A stretch of DNA of 64,000 bases from Macrostomum lignano (Eukaryota). How positions within the stretch are numbered: the first letter of the stretch is position 1; every line of letters begins with the position of its first letter. Position numbers and translations under genes: made by a program. Where the stretch lies: assembly GCA_002269645.1 (NCBI GenBank), contig NIVC01000011.1:248001-312000 (forward strand), in the 5' to 3' direction. The notes beneath the pieces are model-generated. The model made no database searches. It saw only the letters and a list, made by a program, of their open reading frames with translations, and had not been told where the DNA came from. Positions 13,001 through 25,479 of the stretch are shown here, in pieces.

Positions 13001-13284
13001 CTAGCGTCCTTATCGGTCCGTTGTGATGAAGCCCAAGCTATACTAGGATTGCAGCAGTGCGGCCCAGGCTGACGGCTCAGCAAGGCATTGTAAGCGATTT
13101 GGCGAAATTTTCGTTGCAATAATGCAATTGAATTAGCTGTAGTATCGTTTGGCAATAAATTTGACGTATAGAAATTGATCAGACGTTCAAGGTGAGAAAT
13201 CTCTGTCGGCTTCGGAGCCAAGGGCGCCGCCGAAGGCGCTCCCATGGCAACCGTTGGCTGACCGGGCCGACCGGTGGCAGCCAT
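1008..13284 (-). CDS. TUBGCP6: Gamma-tubulin complex component 6 (GCP6), 6 exons, ~1690 aa
   Basis: Exons 13284-12421, 11639-11019, 10331-9403, 5224-3409, 2700-1979, 1128-1008. All introns are GT-AG with consistent phases (total 5073 nt). GCP6-type motifs: PYLTEAG; FNYESGWPANLILTD; LQLWRHEFEHAVKAL; HPQF...LDELVLRLDFNGYY. A large low-complexity insertion sits between the GRIP1 and GRIP2 regions. The exon 2 acceptor (11640) is the least certain boundary. Confidence 0.92.
1195..1945. repeat. 26/30-bp minisatellite (CTCATGATCTCATCTA[TCTA]GCGAGACAAT) filling TUBGCP6 intron 5
   Basis: Tandem units visible throughout; occupies about 750 of the 850 bp intron (1129-1978). Confidence 0.95.
4410..4870 (-). 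repeat. Coding 30-bp repeat encoding ~15 x (A/V)KPSDVAASE in the GCP6 insertion domain
   Basis: In frame within exon 4 (ORF 3394..5157). Period 30 nt, with degenerate copies at both flanks. Confidence 0.95.
5704..5844. repeat. Perfect 50-bp inverted repeat (arms 5704-5753 and 5795-5844, 41-bp spacer)
   Basis: Arm 2 is the exact reverse complement of arm 1. This explains the mirror ORFs starting MNNGQNTSARS on both strands. Confidence 0.95.
6140..6297 (+). pseudogene. 3' remnant of a second Crypton-like recombinase gene
   Basis: Reads NQAKVSSIFGSCGFENRMFYFG* (TGA 6295-6297), homologous to TQAHVSRIFENCRFENCTFNFGGK* at 8280-8360. Preceded by a donor-like GTAAG and an acceptor-like TTTTATAG. 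Confidence 0.6.
6850..8360 (+). pseudogene. Crypton-type tyrosine recombinase (DUF3504-like), decayed, with one intron
   Basis: ORF 6850-7851 has RTNGEKYSSSSLVCIRAGIHRY and FGERGQE (catalytic Arg). A frameshift leads to LMKRLSKQCSLS*EYTNHWIRVT...ITGQKSDKTVRRY (H-x-x-R at 7886-7897; Tyr 7991-7993). After a second frameshift and a GT-AG intron (8174-8277) the gene ends FENCRFENCTFNFGGK*. Flanked by direct CCATAGACTA repeats (6703-6712, 8501-8510). Confidence 0.85.
8870..9070. repeat. Imperfect inverted repeat (arms 8870-8919, 9029-9070) with a near-central TTAGTGT-A-ACACTAA hairpin
   Basis: The reverse complement of 9029-9070 matches 8870-8919 apart from small indels. The inner hairpin is at 8974-8988. 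Confidence 0.8.
10405..10925. repeat. 19/20-bp minisatellite (GAGATGGGACTCGGATACCT) in TUBGCP6 intron 2
   Basis: Tandem units read directly. Confidence 0.95.
11750..12360. repeat. Degenerate ~34-bp tandem repeat (TACTACTTC..TAGTAGCTTAAAACCCGAATTA) in TUBGCP6 intron 1
   Basis: AACCTG/AACCCG recurs at 11881, 11915 and 11949. Confidence 0.8.
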
Positions 13285-13405
13285 GAAGAAATTAAATATA
13301 AAAATGAGCAAAATAAGCTTATGATACTACTGCACACTCGCTGAGCATTTTAATAAATAATAATATCAACCTATTTGATGACAATACCGTTACTAAATTA
13401 TTCCT

Positions 13406-14165
13406 ATATCTACCCAGACACCCTGGTATCTACCCAGACACCCTGGTATCTACCCAGACACCCTGGTATCTACCCAGACACCCTGGTATCTACCCAGACA
13501 TCCTGGTATCTACTCAGACACCACGGTATCTACCCAGACACTTCAGTATCTACACAGACACTCCAGTATCTACCCGGACATTCCAGTATCTACCCAGACA
13601 CCCTGGTATTTACCCAGACACTCCAGTATCTACCTAGACACTCCAGTATCTACCCAGACAGTCCAGTATCTACCCAGACACTCCAGTATCTACCCAGACA
13701 CTCCAGTATCTACCCAGACACTCCATTATCTACCCAGACACTCCAGTATCTACTCAGACACTCCAGTATCTACCCAGACACTCCAGTATCTACCCAGACA
13801 GTCCAGTATCTACCCAGACAGTCCAGTATCTACCCAGACACTCCAGTATCTACCCAGACACTCCATTATCTACCCAGACAGTCCAGTATCTACCCAGACA
13901 CTCCAGTATCTACCCAGACAGTCCAGTATCTACCCAGACAGTCCAGTATCTACCCAGACACTCCATTATCTACCCAGACAGTCCAGTATCTACCCAGACA
14001 CTCCAGTATCTACCCAGACAGTCCAGTATCTACCCAGACAGTCCAGTATCTACCCAGACATTTCAGTATCTACCCAGACATTCCAGTGTCTACCCAGACA
14101 CTACAGTATCTACTCAGACACCACGGTATCTACCCACACACCCACTATCTACTGGACACCCCAGC
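13406..14165. repeat. 20-bp minisatellite (TACCCAGACACTCCAGTATC) just upstream of the TUBGCP6 ATG
   Basis: Exact 20-nt period across many lines. The 281-aa ORF over it is a repeat artefact. Confidence 0.95.
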
Positions 14166-14976
14166 ACTTACCCACAAATGCTGTAATTATTACTTACTAA
14201 CGAGTTACTATATAACTTGAGGGACTACCATACCTTATAGTGAACAAGTCAATAGCAGGTACACCTTTTTGACAAAAAAATAACAACTTTTTTCGGATAA
14301 AATTTGTTTAACCAAGCTTGTGTTTACACGCTGAATTGACATCAAAGTAACGCGTTAAAATTTAAAAATTCTTAGATTTCCAGGACAAAAAAACTTTTTT
14401 GCATTAAGTTCGCTTTCTCCAAACATTTGACAATAGAAAATCTGAATAAATATTGAACGATTTTTAAATAGAAAATTGATAAGGACAAATTACACGCTGG
14501 ATTTTATAACATTTTTCAGCAAAGCGTTAGGGAAATATTAGTGTATTCCCAACACAGTCACAAACAAGGACTACTAAATAGACTTGGACTGGAGATACAG
14601 AACTACTTTAATGAGGATAATACGTACAAAAATCTGATTTTTAGTAATCTATGTTTTATTTAGAACAAACTCACCAGTCCAGGCATCATTTAGTTGTCCC
14701 TGTAAGCAAGGAAACTGGTTAAAAAAGGTTGCAACAAAAAAATAGTGACAGAAAGCTAAAGATGAAACGATAGAACTGGAATATAATAGTAGGTAGTATT
14801 ATTATAATAGATACAACAATATATACTAATGTAATTATTGAGGCAGAAATTTACAAAGAAAAAATTGAAAATTTCGCTTTCAATGAAATTTAAAAAAGAA
14901 ACAAATTTCCTCATGATTTTAATAAGTAGTATGACGCAGATTCTATTATTTTTTAAATGATTTTTTCCCATCAAGA

Positions 14977-15215
14977 GGGGTTGTAGCCTAGTGGTTAGAG
15001 CGTCGGACTCTCGACTGAAAGGTCGGGGGTTCGATTCTCGACCCTCAACTCGGAACAATTCGTGTCCTTGAGAAAGACACTTAACTAAAATGGGTGCCAG
15101 CATTAGCTGGGGTAATTGAGGGTGTGTGGCGACCCCCCCCCTCCCCCCAGTCCTTGGACTGAACAGCTGGCCCAATTAGGGAAGGTGTAATCAATTATAA
15201 TTATAATTTATTATT
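14977..15215 (+). mobile_element. tRNA-derived CORE-SINE, copy 1 (internal deletion in the CORE)
   Basis: A box TAGCCTAGTGG and B box GGTTCGATTC, then GTGTCCTTGAGAAAGACACTTAACT-AAAATGGG (CORE-like with about 27 nt missing) and an AT-rich tail. Homologous to the other three copies. Confidence 0.85.
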
Positions 15216-15379
15216 ATCAAAAATTATCACAACAAAAACTACAGCGAGATTAAAGATTTATTGTTTGTTGTTATTTTGTAGTGCGAAAAAAAATTGTTGA
15301 CAGAAAAGTGAAGCTTAGTCAGTTTATTCAAATCGCCACTTCCAGCTTTCCAATCCAGGTGTCTATTATAGCGTCGCAT

Positions 15380-18300
15380 TCAGGTGAAATCCCGATCGGG
15401 GAACATCACTGGAGCCAGCAGAGTCCAAGCGTAAATGAAGATGCACAGCCAGCTTGAAGCGATTTTAATCCAAACAGACGCGTAGTTGGACTGCAGAGTC
15501 TGCAGGTTGGAGCTGGGCATGAACCAGTTAGTCAGCGTCATCATTACATACAGCGAGGCCATCGCGAACATGACATGGAAAGCGGTGTAAGAATAAGTCG
15601 TGCCGTCTTCTTCATCGTCCACAACTGCCTGACCGCCGCTCTCAGCGCCTCCGCCCGTGCCGCCGCCAAGGTCCGTGTCGGCGATGGTGGTTGATTCGCT
15701 CTGTGAAAATTGAAATATTTCAATTTGAAATACAATATGAAACTGTACCCAGGCCAAGACGCATCCTAGAGTCACCGAGTTGTGTTTTAAAACACAAGAG
15801 TTAAAGAAATCACAAGAGTCGATAGAGCCAACAGAGAGTTGCTTGCAACGACTTTTTAGCGATTTTTTTGTCACTGATTTGCCTCTTTCCGTTTATGTAC
15901 ATGTCTATGGGCATTGGGCGAGACCAAATCTGCTGCTGCCAAATGGCAATTCTCCACTTGTCGGCTCAACTTATCAAATTGGCTTATCAAATCAATATTG
16001 GATTCAATACTTGGTTTTGAGCAAAGATCATATATACACAAGATAGGCCACTCATTAACCACTTATGTGGCCATAGAAGCTAATGTAAAAAAATTTGCAA
16101 CTCGCGACAGCGCAAAAATCAACTACTGAACTCAATTTCGTCAGTAGTCTCTGCAGTGCATGCATCATTCTTAGTTTGATTGAGTAGCTTTTTATTTAAT
16201 TCATCAAAAGTTCTATTAAATTCTCAAAAAATAGCGTCTATGTCCCTAAGCTACTGAACTCGAATTTATAAGCAACCCATGTCGGCTTTTTCGCACAAGT
16301 GACGAAAAACAGCGGTCGCACTTTTCATATTAACGCCATACAAAAGTGGCCTATCTAGGGAATATAAGATCTATGTTTTTGAGTGTTACAATAGGCATTT
16401 TATCATAGACGATGCATGCTACACATGCTTCTATCGAAAAATGCTTGAAACTTGATTTAACACACTCAAGACCCTGTTAGCTTATTCTACTGGTTATAAA
16501 ATGTGCATTTAGAAATCTTCTAAAGTTTTAAAAGGCGACAGTTAAAAATACTCCTACCAGTACAAATTAGATCATACATTAACACTTATTTTACACGGTT
16601 TCATAAAGTTTTCTGTTAAATTTGTTAACATTTTTTAATTCTACATTGTTATTAAAACGAAGCAATGTTTTCTCTAAGTATTATTTCATTTTTTATTATC
16701 GATGTGCTCTATTTGTTATATGGGTGAATTTTTTAAATATTAAATTTATTTAGAGAGAAAATTCATTAAGTGACACAGAGAGAAAACAGCATATCAAAGG
16801 CATAGAAATGCTGCAGCTTTTGAAATGTGAAATTTGATTTTTTGAAAAACATCCTTCGACGCTAAGTTTACCTGTTCACTTCTTGTCTGCAAGGCAAAAG
16901 TAATTAAATACGTTATGGAATGGCGTTTCTTAAATTAAATATGATACTGTTGACTAAAATGGCTCTTCTAATTATAATGGTAATGGAGGTTAAAAGTAAT
17001 GTTAAACCAACATAACTCTACCAATTAAATGGCACTTTGCCTATCAAAATGGCATTTTCACTATTAAAATGGCACTTTGACTATCAAAATGGCGCTCTGA
17101 CTATCAAAATGGCACTTTTACTATCAAAATGGCACTTTGACTATCAAAATGGCGCTGACTATCAAAATGGCACTTTGACTATCAAAATGGCACTTTGACT
17201 ATCAAAATGGCACTTTGACATTCAAAACGGCACTTGGACTATCAAAATGGCGCTTTGACTGTCAAAATGGCACTTTGACTATCAAAATGGCGCTCTGACT
17301 ATCAAAATGGCGCTCTGACTATCAAAATGGCGCTCTGACTATCAAAATGGCATTTTCACTATTAAAATGGAACTTTGACTATCAAAATGGCACTTTGACT
17401 ATCAAAATGGCATTTTCACTAATAAAATGGCACTTTGACTATCAAAATGGCGCTCGGACTATCAAAATGGAACTTTGACATTCAAAGGGGCACTTTGACT
17501 ATCAAAACGGCACTTTGACTATCAAAATGGCGCTTTGACTATCAAAATGGCGCTCTGACTATCAAAATGGCGCTTTGACTATCAAAATGGCACTTTGACT
17601 ATCAAAATGGAACTTTGACTATCAAAATGGAACTTTGACTATCAAAATGGCGCTCTGACTATCAAAATGGCGCTCTGACTATCAAAATGGCACTTTTACT
17701 ATCAAAATGGCACTTTGACTATCAAAATGGCGCTCTGACTATCAAAATGGCAGTTTCACCATTAAAATGGCACTTTGACTATCAAAATGGCATTTTCACT
17801 ATTAAAATGATACTTTGACTATCAAAATGGCACTTTGACATTCAAAGGGACACTTTGACTATCAAAACGGCACTTTGACTATCAAAATGGCGCTTTGACT
17901 ATCAAAATGGCGCTCTGACTATCAAAATGGCGCTTTGACTATCAAAATGGCACTTTGACTATCAAAATGGCGCTCTGACTATTAAAATGGCGCTCTGACT
18001 ATCAAAATGGCACTTTGACTATCAAAATGGCGCTTTAACGATAAAAATGGCGCTTTGACAATCAAAATGGCACTTTGACTATCAAAATGCCGCTCTGACT
18101 ATCAAAATGGCACTTTGACTTTCAAAACGGCACTTTGACTATCCAAATGGCTTTTAACTACCAAAATGGCACTTCGCCTATTATATGACACTGGATCATA
18201 ATAGCGTATTTTTAAAATAACATCAATGGTTAGATCATAAAACAGAAAAACATGTCACAAAGACACCAACACTCACCTGGAGACCGAGTTTGCCAACATT

Positions 18301-20727
18301 GCTATGGGCAGCAGTCCGGATCGAAGAATAGATCACCAAGATAAGGAAGATTGCCAGACTGACACCTGTCTCCCAGTTAAATTGGGCAACCACAGAGTCC
18401 CCGGTAACGGGCGGAGCGGCCGTAGTTGTTGAACCACTAGACGAGGTTGGAGGAACCATCGTGTAGTTAACCATCTCCAGAGTGGGATTGCAGGCTTTCT
18501 CAGGCACAGAGGTGACGGCGGACCAGGTCAGGTACATCACGTACAGGCTGATTAGGCCGCTCTGCAGGATGCCCGATCGCTGGTGGTCCTGCGGACGGTG
18601 ACGTCAATGAAAGAAAAGCTAAATTGTAGTTAAGCTTCTTAAAATTATTTTTATATAATCATGAGGGTTGCTATGTAAATCCTAGAGGTACATAACTGTT
18701 GCTATGGAAACCCTAGAGGTACATGATTGTTGCTAAGGAAATCCTAGAGGTACATGACTGTTGCTATGGAAACCCTAGAGGTACATGATTGTTGCTAAGG
18801 AAATCCTAGAGGTACATGACTGTTGCTATGTAAATCCTAGAGGTACATGTACATGATTGTTGCTATGGAAATCCTAGAGGTACATGACTGTTGCTATGGA
18901 AATCCTAGAGGTACATGATTGTTGCTATGGAAATCCTAGAGGTACATGACTGTTGCCATGGAAATCCTAGAGGTACATGACTGTTGCTATGGAAATCCTA
19001 GGGGTACATGACTGTTGCTATGGAAATCCTAGAGGTACATCACGGTTGCTATGGGAGTCCTAGAGTACATGACTGTTGCTATGGAAATCCTAGAGGTATA
19101 TGACTGTTGCTATGGGAGTTATAGACGTACATCACGGTTGCTATGGGAGTCCTAGAAGTATATTACGGTTGCTATAGTAGTCCTAGAAGCACATCACGGT
19201 TGCTATAGGAGTCCTAGAAGTACATCACGGTTGCTATAGGAGTCCTAGAAGTACATCACGGTTGCTATGAGTCCTTTGAGTTAAAAAATAAACAATAATA
19301 AAACTCTTACCTGAACTTTAGGCAGCACAGACAGGCCGGTAACCAAGATGCACAAAATCAAGTTAACAGACACAAACGCTTTGCTCATGTGACAGCTGGC
19401 ATCGCTAGCATAAAACACGTACAGCAGAATGGTGAGAGCCAAAGCCAGCACAAAGAACAGAATGCTGAAGATCAGCAAGCCAATATAGTAGCAGCGATTC
19501 TCGCTCTCCTCGTACGACTTGGTCCAGGCCTCGTTCCAGCAGTGCGCGAAATCAATAAGCAGCACTAGCTGGATCAGGATGAACAGAAAGCCGCCAATCA
19601 TGCCGATCACCATCCAGACGTTGATGAAAGCCGATTCCGCTGGGATAAAAAACGCCCCAACCCACAGGCCAATTAGAATTAGAAGCTTAAAAAACCAGAA
19701 GCCGTTTTGAATTTTAGATCGAGGATCTTTCGAGCTTTCCACCTAAAAGGTAGCATGATATGTTACAACAAGTAAGAAAATCATATTTAAAGGATATCCC
19801 AAAAGTAATCCTAAAAAAGGTAAATCCCACCACAACAGGTTAATCAATAAAATGAAAAATTCCACAGGAAAGAGAAATACCATAAAGGAAATCCCATAAG
19901 AAAAATCCCATGTAGGATAAGGAAATACGATAATAAAAATAAATCCCGCAGGAAAGGGAAATCCCAAACGTAAGGGAAATCCCACAGGAAAGGTAAATCC
20001 CACAGGTAAAGGAAATTCCAGAGATAAGAGAAATCCCACAGGAAAGGGAAATCCCACAAGAAAGGTAAATCTCACAGGAAAGGGAAATCCTACAAGGGAA
20101 ATCCCACAGGAAAGGGGAATCCTACAAAAAGGGAAATCCCACAGGAAAGGGAAATCTCACAGGAAAGGGAAATCACGCAGGAAAGGGAAATCACGCAGGA
20201 AAGGGAAATCCCGCAGGAAAGGGAAATCCCGCAGGAAAGGGAAATCTCACAGGAAAGGAAAATCCCGCAGGAAAGGGAAATCCCACAGGAATTTCTTCAG
20301 CTTTAAGGCAAAGGAAGCTTAAGTTAAAACTAAAATAGTAAACTATAAAAAGATGCAAAATTCAACAACTGACCTTTATCATCAGGAGTGCAAAGAGCAC
20401 AAAGAAGCAGGTCATGCCAAAGGCCACCCTGTACACGGCTCCATAGCCAATGACCAGGTAGCATTTGAATCCCGAATAGATTTTGGTGTCAATCTGCCCA
20501 ATCTGAGTGTCAATTTTGTAGTTGTCGCATAAAGCTGGTATTTTTTGCAGCGTTTTGTCTAGGTCAGGAATAAGCATGATGCAGCACAGAGCGGCTCCTA
20601 ATAGAAAAATCAAGGAGTACATAATTCTACTTGAGGTGCTGCTTTTGCACGAAGGCAAACAAGTGCAGCAAAGAGAAGCAGCTGAACTGCAGAAGCAGCA
20701 AGCAATGGCACTGATGCAGCAGCCCAT
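15380..20727 (-). CDS. SERINC: Serine incorporator (SERINC/TDE family) multipass membrane protein, 4 exons, 472 aa
   Basis: Exons 20727-20374, 19742-19311, 18588-18277, 15700-15380, all phase-0 GT-AG. Motifs: N-terminal Cys-rich MGCCISAIACCFCSSA; IQNGFWFFK; LIDFAHCWNEAW; SGILQSGLISLYVMYLTWSA; YSYTAFHVMFAMASLYVMMTLTNW; C-terminal PDRDFT. The paralogue number cannot be assigned. Confidence 0.95.
16041..16356. mobile_element. Candidate MITE with 12-bp terminal inverted repeats (AGATAGGCCACT)
   Basis: 16041-16052 is the reverse complement of 16345-16356. No TSD resolved. Confidence 0.35.
17030..18180. repeat. 20-bp minisatellite (ATCAAAATGGCACTTTGACT) in SERINC intron 3
   Basis: Exact 20-nt period, about 55 units. 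Confidence 0.95.
18665..19275. repeat. 31-bp minisatellite (GTTGCTATGGAAATCCTAGAGGTACATGACT) in SERINC intron 2
   Basis: GAAATCCTAG recurs at 18961 and 18992. Confidence 0.95.
19880..20290. repeat. 18-bp purine-rich minisatellite (AGGAAAGGGAAATCCCAC) in SERINC intron 1
   Basis: Period 18 (20161, 20179). Degenerate toward the left. Confidence 0.9.
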
Positions 20728-23700
20728 TGTTTTCTTATGAAGATTCTTCTAATTTAGATCAGTAAGTATATGGATTTAAGAAATTTGTATTGTTTTGTTG
20801 ATTCTCTTCAAGAGTCATGCATGAAAATATAAATATTATTAGTTAAGTTTTGCATTGCCTAAAAAACATTATAGGCCCAAATTTTCCGGATAGCAAATTA
20901 ATTAATGGCTACTGTAACAAAAAAGATATTAAGTCAAATTGACATACCAAACTAACATGCTAAATGAGATACACATAGATTTACTTACTAGATACAGTTT
21001 TTAGAGGCAAAGGAATCTGTGCATTCTGGTGCAATGTACTATAAGCATTAAACTTTCAGAAAATATTTGAATACTTGGTACTAGAAATTATGTGCACAAG
21101 TTTAAATAGCACAAAAATCCTGCATACACATTACATACAATGAGTCAATGACCATGGCATTGCATTGCAAAAGAAAATTGTCTGGTCTGTACCACTGTAG
21201 ACAAAAATGGCTGGTTGTAAGTGGACAGGTAAATGGCCAAAAAAGTATCTACTAGTGGCAGAATGTTATACACTTTTGTTCACTCATAGTCTACTTACAA
21301 CTGGCCACTTCTTTTCTACTTACTTGTCTAATTTTCATTTACAATACATGTTAGTTGGACTTTAAAATCCTCACAAACTGTCACATTATATCTGATTGAG
21401 TGAGATTTGGGCATGTAAAAATGTTTTATTAAGCAATGTCTGCTTTTATCATGAGCAACAAATGCAAAAATGCTGCAAGCAAAACAATATAGTTGAATTC
21501 AAAGAATCAATGGTTTGCTTGTTTTTGCATTTTTGGAGTCTTGAAATTCATTTTGTATTAGGTTTAAAAATTTTGCCTTAATGTATCATTTTTATATTTG
21601 ACACAAATTTGTCTTATGTTATGGTCACTGATTCTATACATTTAAATTTTTACTAGAAATGCACACATTAAGTGCACATCAAGTATTTGTAAGCATACAT
21701 ATAATATATCTAGGATTTTATACAAAAATTATATCCTACTCTAGAAACCAAATGCACAGGGCATTGTTAAGGTATCTATTAAATCAATTTAAAAAACTAA
21801 AAAATAGATAGAAACAAATATTGCTTTTTGCTTGTGTCTACCTAAAAACACAAAAATCAAATATACACTGTTCAAAAGCACAAGAATTGTTTTATAGAGA
21901 AGCAATAAATTGTTAAAAGGTATATAATAAAATGGCATTTAATATTATAGCAGGTATATCTTGGACCTGTACCTTGGAGGGTGACCCCTTGGTAATTTTT
22001 GCTAGACCCTTAATGAGCATCTATGCATTTAAAAAAATTATTTCAATCATACATGCACAACCTTGGGAATCACTTGGCCACTTCTATTGGCAACACACAC
22101 ATGTAAGTTGCTATTGGCTGAGAGTAGTCACATGACTACTATTCCATCCAATAGTGACTTGCATAATGCAAAAGCATTTGCAATGCAAATGCAAAAGCAT
22201 AATTTATGGCACATGACCAAGATAGCCATACACCAAGATGGCCACAGATCTAAATATCTAAATTAAATAAAATAATAATAAGTATAGGTCTATATATTTC
22301 ATTCATTTCCATTTTCCTATTAGTAATAATTAGAAAGATAGATGCTAAAATAGAATTATATTACATTATAATCATTCCCTTTGTTTTTAGGCCTAGCTTT
22401 TATTTTGGCTTGACCTATATATGTTTATTTACTAAATAAAGCAAGTAGCCAAGCATAAAATAAATACCTAGTTGCATTTTTATCTCATTTTTGCATAGCA
22501 TTATTATTAGCAATGGTTTCTTAATAAACTAATAATATATTTAATATATATGGCCTTATGGGAATAAATTGGCACAGAAACTAAAAAGATTCATATTTTT
22601 ATATTATGATTAATTGGTTTCAAATCTATTTATTGTATCAATATTTATAAATATGATTGATTAAAACAAAATATTGCATGACTATCAAACTATGATAATA
22701 AAACAATAGCTATTAAGTTGCTAATTATTGTTAGAGAGAAAGCAGATATAATAGAGATTTAATGTTGTGGCTATGGCCATCTTGGTGTGTGGCCATCTTG
22801 GTCTTACACCTAATTTATATATACTTTTTAGCTTTTACATTAACTAGGTTTATAAATATATTATTATCAAAACTTTATGGCATATTTCAAAACTGTTTGT
22901 TTTTACTTGTTTTTTGCTATTTTGTTTTTATTGCTTGTTTTTTTTACAATTTGTTTGGTTGGTTATGATTAAAATTATCATATTTATTATTTTTAATGCT
23001 TTTTTAATTTTAGAGTATTGCCTATTGCATTGGGCATTGCATACTATATTATGTCTACTTTGCTTTTTAAATGCAAAATGTATAGATAAATGACTGTTCA
23101 TAAGCTTTTGTGTCTTAATTCTAGCCTACTGTAAAATAGTAGGCCTTTAGTAGGGCCTAATGCGAAGTTGCCTATAATTTTATAAATGTATAAATGAGTG
23201 TAACAGACAAACTGCTACATAAAAATATAGTGCACTTAAAATTGTGTACCGTGAAGTTGCTTTCTTACCAAATATTTGGAATAAGCACTACACTTCCTTT
23301 AAAATTTCAGCTCATTTTATTTTTAGTTAGGCCTAGTGTTATATTATAGCATCGCAGATCAAGACTAAAAATATCACCTAGGCAGCCCGCAGCTAGGCTA
23401 TGCCTATATGTTTCTGCTTTTATGGTGCAGTAAACATAATGATGTTTTAAAAATAAGTACAAGAATGCAAGTGAAGCTACACAGAGGATAAAATTCAGCT
23501 ATCATTTTGTAACAGTGACCCCAGTAGAGCCGTACAGTACAGTGCAATACAGGTAATACACTAAATACAGGTAACAGGACATGAATCATATTTCAGATTT
23601 GGAATGATTTTAAATTATTTTATTGTACACAAATATTAGAAAAACTTTTCTAACTAACTATCTAATTTTCTATTCTTTACTGCTCAGCTTTGTCTTTTAT

Positions 23701-24255
23701 TTTGTGTGCTACACGTATACGCAGTAAGCAAAACGCTGCAAATGTTTTTTATATTTTTTTTTTTTTTTTTAAGAGAATTTGGCTCAGGCAATTAGCCTGT
23801 TTGGCCAATATATTATAGAGCTATGTATTTGGAATTTTCGAATATAGAAGTTTATAAAGACGATTTGACGACGATTTGCTGCAGTTATTGTAAAAGATAA
23901 AGTATTTGAAAGCGCGCCAGAATTTTTACGGTATTTTTAGACGAAAAGTGACGACTAACAACTAACAACGAGTATAAATATTAATACAAAAATGAGTACA
24001 AATTACGAGGTATAGCTTTAATTGCGAGATTACTTTGGTAAGCGAGTTTGTAAAAAAAAAATGTAGTATTTTTGAAAGCGCGTGATATTTCAAAGCGTGA
24101 AAAACGAACATAAACAATACTTCGAAAGAATTTTACTTTTAACGAATAACGACGATTTAAATATAGGAAATTAAAAAAAGACAGTAAATGAATAAACAAC
24201 TGAAAAGCGGATTTGTTACACTGCTGATGTATCTGATTCAGTTTGTTTAACTGTT

Positions 24256-24600
24256 TTAGCTATTCATGACTTCATATATTTTAGCTACACCAGTGAGCTC
24301 TTTTCTGACTCTTTTTTCATTAGTAGCATATCCTATCTTGTGTATTTGATTGCTATTTAAGAGGTATTGACAGAAGTATTTTTTCCTGATCTCTTCAGTT
24401 TGTGGACATTCGGTCAAGTAGTGTAGAATGTCAGAACCATTTCGCGCTCCACACATTTTACATGGTTCTTGAGAAAAAAAGTTGGGTGTAATCTCGCATT
24501 TCAGTTTTAGGAGGGTTGTTAAGAATTTTTTGTTTCTAAATGTACATGGAAAGAAATCTGAAAGGTCGGGCCTGCAGGTTTTTTTGTAGAGATAGGCGTT
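24256..24600 (-). mobile_element. 3' fragment of a non-LTR retrotransposon ORF2 (C-terminal CCHC zinc knuckle)
   Basis: Open frame ...LTTLLKLKCEITPNFFSQEPCKMCGARNGSDILHYLTECPQTEEIRKKY: a C-x2-C-x9-H-x4-C motif followed by the typical R..Y. Confidence 0.6.
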
Positions 24601-25479
24601 TTTGTAGAGTTTAATATGTTGCTGATTCTCTAGCTTTTATAATGCGGAGAGTAAAAGTATTTCGCAATTAATTTAAATTTTTCTTTTACAATGCGGAGAG
24701 TCCGGACCGTTGACTGTCCATATAAATATTTAAAAGGAAACCGAAATCAACATAGGTTGAATGGAAGGACGCATTTTTCACAAAAAAATGTGCATCTTTA
24801 GGTTTATTTGAACAACTGAATAGGTTGCGAATGAATAAATAATGATATTAGTGTAAAATTGAATCATGCAATAATATTGTAATTACAATGTACATAAATT
24901 TATAGTCCGCGTAACCGATAGGCAGGTCGTCCAGGGACGAGCGGTTGGGGTTGCAGCCAACTGCACAGAATTTGCAGCCTGTGCCCCCTCTTAGAACACA
25001 CGGAGAACGTGATCAGCGCCACTGTTGAAGTTAAATGTTAAGGCTGGCCGGGACAGATTTAATGTCAGCGCTTCGATCTATAGAATCTAAGGTTTAGATC
25101 GAGTCAAAATGAGCAATGGTCAATGACTTTTGAAGTGTTCTCCATGTTTACAATTAGAAGCAATTATTGCATTCTATAAGAGGTGGTTTGGATTGCTAAC
25201 CATTTGAGCCTGTGCTTTCTGGTTCTAGATAGTGTGCAGGGTGCCTTTCACCACATGTAGGATGGATGCTCTGATCATTTGAGCAGTTGAATTGGTAAAT
25301 GACACCAGCACGTAAAACACAGCGACAACCAACCAACCAACTTGACTTTAAACAACCAACAATGTTTCCTGCTTTAGCAGTACGAAAGACAATGCGGATT
25401 TTGCAATTGAGGGATTTTTTAAATAACAAAACAATAGTAAGAATTACGTATTTAAAAACTCCTAACATCTTCAATTCAG

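Noticed and set aside
14977-15050. tRNA genes at the SINE heads (also 51175-51245 and 59027-59095)
   Set aside because: The anticodon stem does not pair consistently, the apparent anticodon differs between copies (CTC vs CAC), and each head runs into a CORE segment and tail, so these are SINEs.
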